This document shows, one piece after another, positions 60,695 to 64,000 of a stretch of 64,000 nucleotides of DNA (within the stretch, counting starts at the first letter, position 1; each line of letters begins with the position of its first letter). Source of the stretch: Macrostomum lignano (lineage: Eukaryota). Where the stretch lies: assembly GCA_002269645.1 (NCBI GenBank), contig NIVC01000139.1:62001-126000 (forward strand), written 5' to 3'. The notes under the pieces were generated by a model. The model searched no databases. It saw nothing but the letters and a program-made list of their open reading frames with translations, and was not told the origin of the DNA. Made by a program: the position numbers and the translations under genes.

Positions 60695-63399
60695 GGGGAT
60701 GTCAACTTAAGCACCAGAATGGAGAAGTTCAGCTCCGGACCAAACCGACTGCAATCGATAACTTGTCGGCCTGGACGACTAGAATCGCCGAGACATCCCA
60801 TCCGGGTCCCTTCCTTGGGGTCCCAGGGGATAAAGGGGATAAAATGGGGATCTCATGTCAACTTAAGGCTCTGGAATGGAGCCTGAAGTTCAGCTCCGGA
60901 CCAAACCGACTGCAATCGATAACTTGTCGTCCCAGACGACTAGAATCGCCGAGACATCCGCTATGTCATTTAGTGCTGCTTTGCTGCCATTAAGCAGGAC
61001 AAATGTGTTAACGAGAGGCACAAACCATATCAGTGGCTGCAGTCAACCGGCTTCAGCGAGCGCATCAGATTAGGCGTTGTTATTGAGAACTCGATGGCAA
61101 AGTACAACCGGGCGCATCCAGGTTTTGAATCACTTAAACAGCTGCCACCGTCATGGACAGGGCTATCGTTGTTCGAATTCGGTCAGAATTTCATGCGCCG
61201 AGTGCTCTTGTCCAACGAACTGGACGAAATTGAGCAGCTACGCTTTAACTGTGATCTGACGTATGTCCCCCTTCTAACACAAGGGCATGGATTTTCCGAA
61301 AACCCGCTGGATCCAAAAAGCTCGGAGTTCCCCCGAATTCACACAGAATTTGACAGAGGTTTCGGTGGGTCCGTATCAACTAAATCAAGCCGATGATTAC
61401 ATTCAAAACATTCGTGTCAAAGAGGTTCTCGGTAGCTACGAAGGTGACTCCTGGAGAGACTTTGAGTCGCTCACATCCGAACTTCCGAGCCACCTGAAGT
61501 GTTGGAAGTTTCGGCAAGAGACGCAGCCAGAAAACTGAAGCAACCGATTCGGTCGGTAGCATCCGTCTTGGATTTTTCTAGCTGTCGTTTTCTCGCGCCA
61601 TAATTCGAAATCCTACCGCGTGATTCTTAGAGTGTGTGACAGCAGCGGATAATCGCTTTGGTTTTAGAGATCCAGGATTGCAACTTCTTCATGGCTACTA
61701 CTCGTCAGCAAAAGCTGGAAGTAGAACTGCAGGCTGCGATTGTCATGTAATGGCAGTGCTCAAACTCCTGGGCTGCTATGCTTACCACCAAGAGATAGCT
61801 ATCGAAGGTCTGGTGCTAGCCTTCGCTTTGTTGATTCCGCTCTTCCACGCAGCCTTGTTGCCAGTCTTTATGCCAGAGAAAATGCTTTACCACAGCAGCG
61901 AAAGCCTACTGAGCAACAGTCTAGCGGCCAGCAAGAGGAGTTTCAGTCAGCCAGCAGCAGCTCACGATCCAAGCCTCAGTCTTCAAGAGTCTTTGGTCTT
62001 CAAAACCATGGTCAGCAGTGCTACGCAACTGTTTTTGCACTGTTTCACTGCATCAGCAGCAAAGTCCAGCTCTTTCAGCCGGTCAGAGGTGGGGCAGTGA
62101 ACACCGCAATGACCAACCTGATAACGTCTATGGCGACTTGAGCAAGCGTAGATCAACTTGTCGAAGCTATCCGAAGCCGATATCCGCAGCAGTTTGCGCC
62201 AAGACAGCAACAATGCATGAACGAGCTACTACAGTGCATTCTGCCAGATTTTCAGCTGCAGCGTCATTGCCTAATCGAATTTACACTCGTACGTGCGGTA
62301 GTTGCCTGACTAGCACGGATGAGCTACCCATAGGAGTTCTGGATTATCGTATCCTCAGCATCTCCTTGCAGGAGTTTTCAACCTCACTGTTAACTCTAGA
62401 CGGTCTCTACGCTGCTTTTACGGCACCAAAGCACGTCCCATGCACCAACACCAACTGTGCAGCTGATAGTGTGCAGGGGGATCAGGTCTCTAACGGCAGA
62501 GTGACCCTGATGCATATAGATCGCATTGGAACCGATGGTCAAAAACTGAATACACAAGTCTGGTGGACAAGCCGAGCAGGTAACATCTCCAGCTTGGGAT
62601 GTCCAATATTCACAGTGTCCCATTACGGTAGTACGCCCTTGGAAGGGCACTATACATCTTGTGTCCTGAAAGATGGAGTATAGAATAAGCTGGACGACAT
62701 GAGAGTTCAAAGAAACTACAATCCATTCGTTCATGAGCAATCTTTTATTACCTTAGTAGCCCTGCTGCAAGTATAAAGAGACCCATGGGATCATCTGCGA
62801 GCATGTTTACACTATAACCCTTTCTGCAAACTAATAACCATACTGCTTCATTTCGTTTAAAAAAAGCATCCGGAGCTGAACTTCGGGCTCCATTCCAGAG
62901 CCTTAAGTTGACATGAGATCCCCATTTTATCCCCTTTATCCCCTGGGACCCCAAGGGAGGGACCGGGATGGGATGTCTCGGCGATTCTAGTCGTCCAGGC
63001 CGACAAGTTATCGATTGCAGTCGGTTTGGTCCGGAGCTGAACTTCGGGCTCCATTCCAGAGCCTTAAGTTGACATGAGATCCCCATTTTATCCCCTTTAT
63101 CCCCTGGGACCCCAAGGGAGGGACCGGGATGGGATGTCTCGGCGATTCTAGTCGTCCAGGCCGACAAGTTATCGATTGCAGTCGGTTTGGTCCGGAGCTG
63201 AACTTCGGGCTCCATTCCAGAGCCTTAAGTTGACATGAGATCCCCATTTTATCCCCTTTATCCCCTGGGACCCCAAGGAAGGGACCGGGATGGGATGTCT
63301 CGGCGATTCTTGTCGTCCAGGCCGACAAGTTATCGATTGCAGTCGGTTTGGTCCGGAGCTGAACTTCGGGCTCCATTTTGATGCTAAGTTGACATCCCC
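60695..63399 (+). mobile_element. Foldback-like DNA transposon with 161-bp tandem-repeat TIRs, a PHIS/DDE_Tnp_4-like transposase and SWIM remnant, and a USP remnant
   Basis: AAA|GGGGATGTCAAC...GTTGACATCCCC|TTT. Left arm about 1.6 units, right arm about 3.3 units. Internal RIRLGVVIEN, EFPRI...VGPYQLNQADDY, SRHNSKSYRVIL and KAGSRTAGCDCHVMAVL, followed by USP boxes. Confidence 0.75.
61975..62765 (+). pseudogene. Decayed USP/C19 deubiquitinase domain
   Basis: GLQNHGQQCYA (Cys box), FAPRQQQCMNELL, TCGSC...CTNTNC, VSHYGSTPLEGHYTSCV (His box), and V*NKLDDMRV (TAG where Trp is expected), with premature stops and a frameshift. Confidence 0.72.
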
Positions 63400-63744
63400 T
63401 TTCCGTTCTCCTTCAGGATGCGTTCTGCGTTGCGGAAGTTCGACTGCCTTCCTGCAAGATCCACAGCGATTCCCTGTGGAAGAAGCTGACGACCAAGTTC
63501 ACACAAGTGCGACTGCATCACTGTTGCAGACTGCAGACTCAACAGTTCGATGCAGCCTAGTCTAAAACTGAAGCCTGTCGAAAGTAAAATAAACTTTAAT
63601 TAAGCATTAAACTGCCGCTAAAACAAAAGCCAACCAACTTCTCCGTGGAGAGTCCACATATTTCTCAGCTAGGAATGTTTTCTTAGCGAATCATAGCTCC
63701 TTTTTCGATTTCGAATGAAAGCTCAAAATCCACTAGAGAATATA

Positions 63745-64000
63745 TAGCATTTTGCAGCCCATTTGGGCTTACGCGCATTTAATTTAATCCAAGATACGTT
63801 TGCCAATGTAACAGAGCAGTTGGACCTGAGGCTCTCGAGCAACTTTCCTTGGCGATTGCCACCCTTTCGAATCCCCTTTCGAGAGTTTCAACGCGCTGCT
63901 GGATGCTGTAAGCCACCTTTTCTTTTACATTCAGCAACCTTGCAATGTCCTTTGGGTGTTCACCTCCGTCGAGTGCTTCGATCACAAGCCAATGACATTC
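63745..64000 (-). mobile_element. IS630-Tc1-type remnant (same family as 28949-29624), runs off the window
   Basis: TA|TAGCATTTTGC end; MIEALDGGEHPKDIARLLNVKE. Confidence 0.7.

Noticed and set aside
62748-63565. Repeated MEPEVQLRTKPT ORFs
   Set aside because: Translations of the 161-bp TIR tandem unit.

Overview
Animal genomic DNA: spliceosomal GT-AG introns, intron-poor genes, many minisatellites and DNA transposons. The style suggests a free-living flatworm such as Macrostomum (inference only). Host genes: RPGRIP1L (minus strand, five exons in the window, continuing off the left edge), a SAXO/FAM154 axonemal microtubule protein, an intronless LANCL2-like gene, ATP5MK/USMG5, CLPTM1 and a divergent calmodulin-like EF-hand gene. 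The rest is mostly mobile DNA: back-to-back IS630-Tc1-type elements and a P-element inside RPGRIP1L introns, Crypton, non-LTR and gag remnants, MITEs and satellites. The main finding is a 12.9-kb Foldback/NOF-like Mutator element (40394-53297). It has a perfect 9-bp TSD, multi-kb minisatellite-containing TIRs, and an intact-looking DDE transposase that can be spliced in frame to a ubiquitin-specific protease (USP/C19) domain. A second, unrelated element (60695-63399; PHIS/DDE_Tnp_4-like transposase remnant plus SWIM finger, AAA^TTT insertion) also carries a decayed USP domain, with the same unusual Asp-to-Cys change in the QQD box. This suggests a transposon-borne deubiquitinase module shared between superfamilies. 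All coordinates, counts and family assignments were made by eye and from memory of motifs, without database searches.
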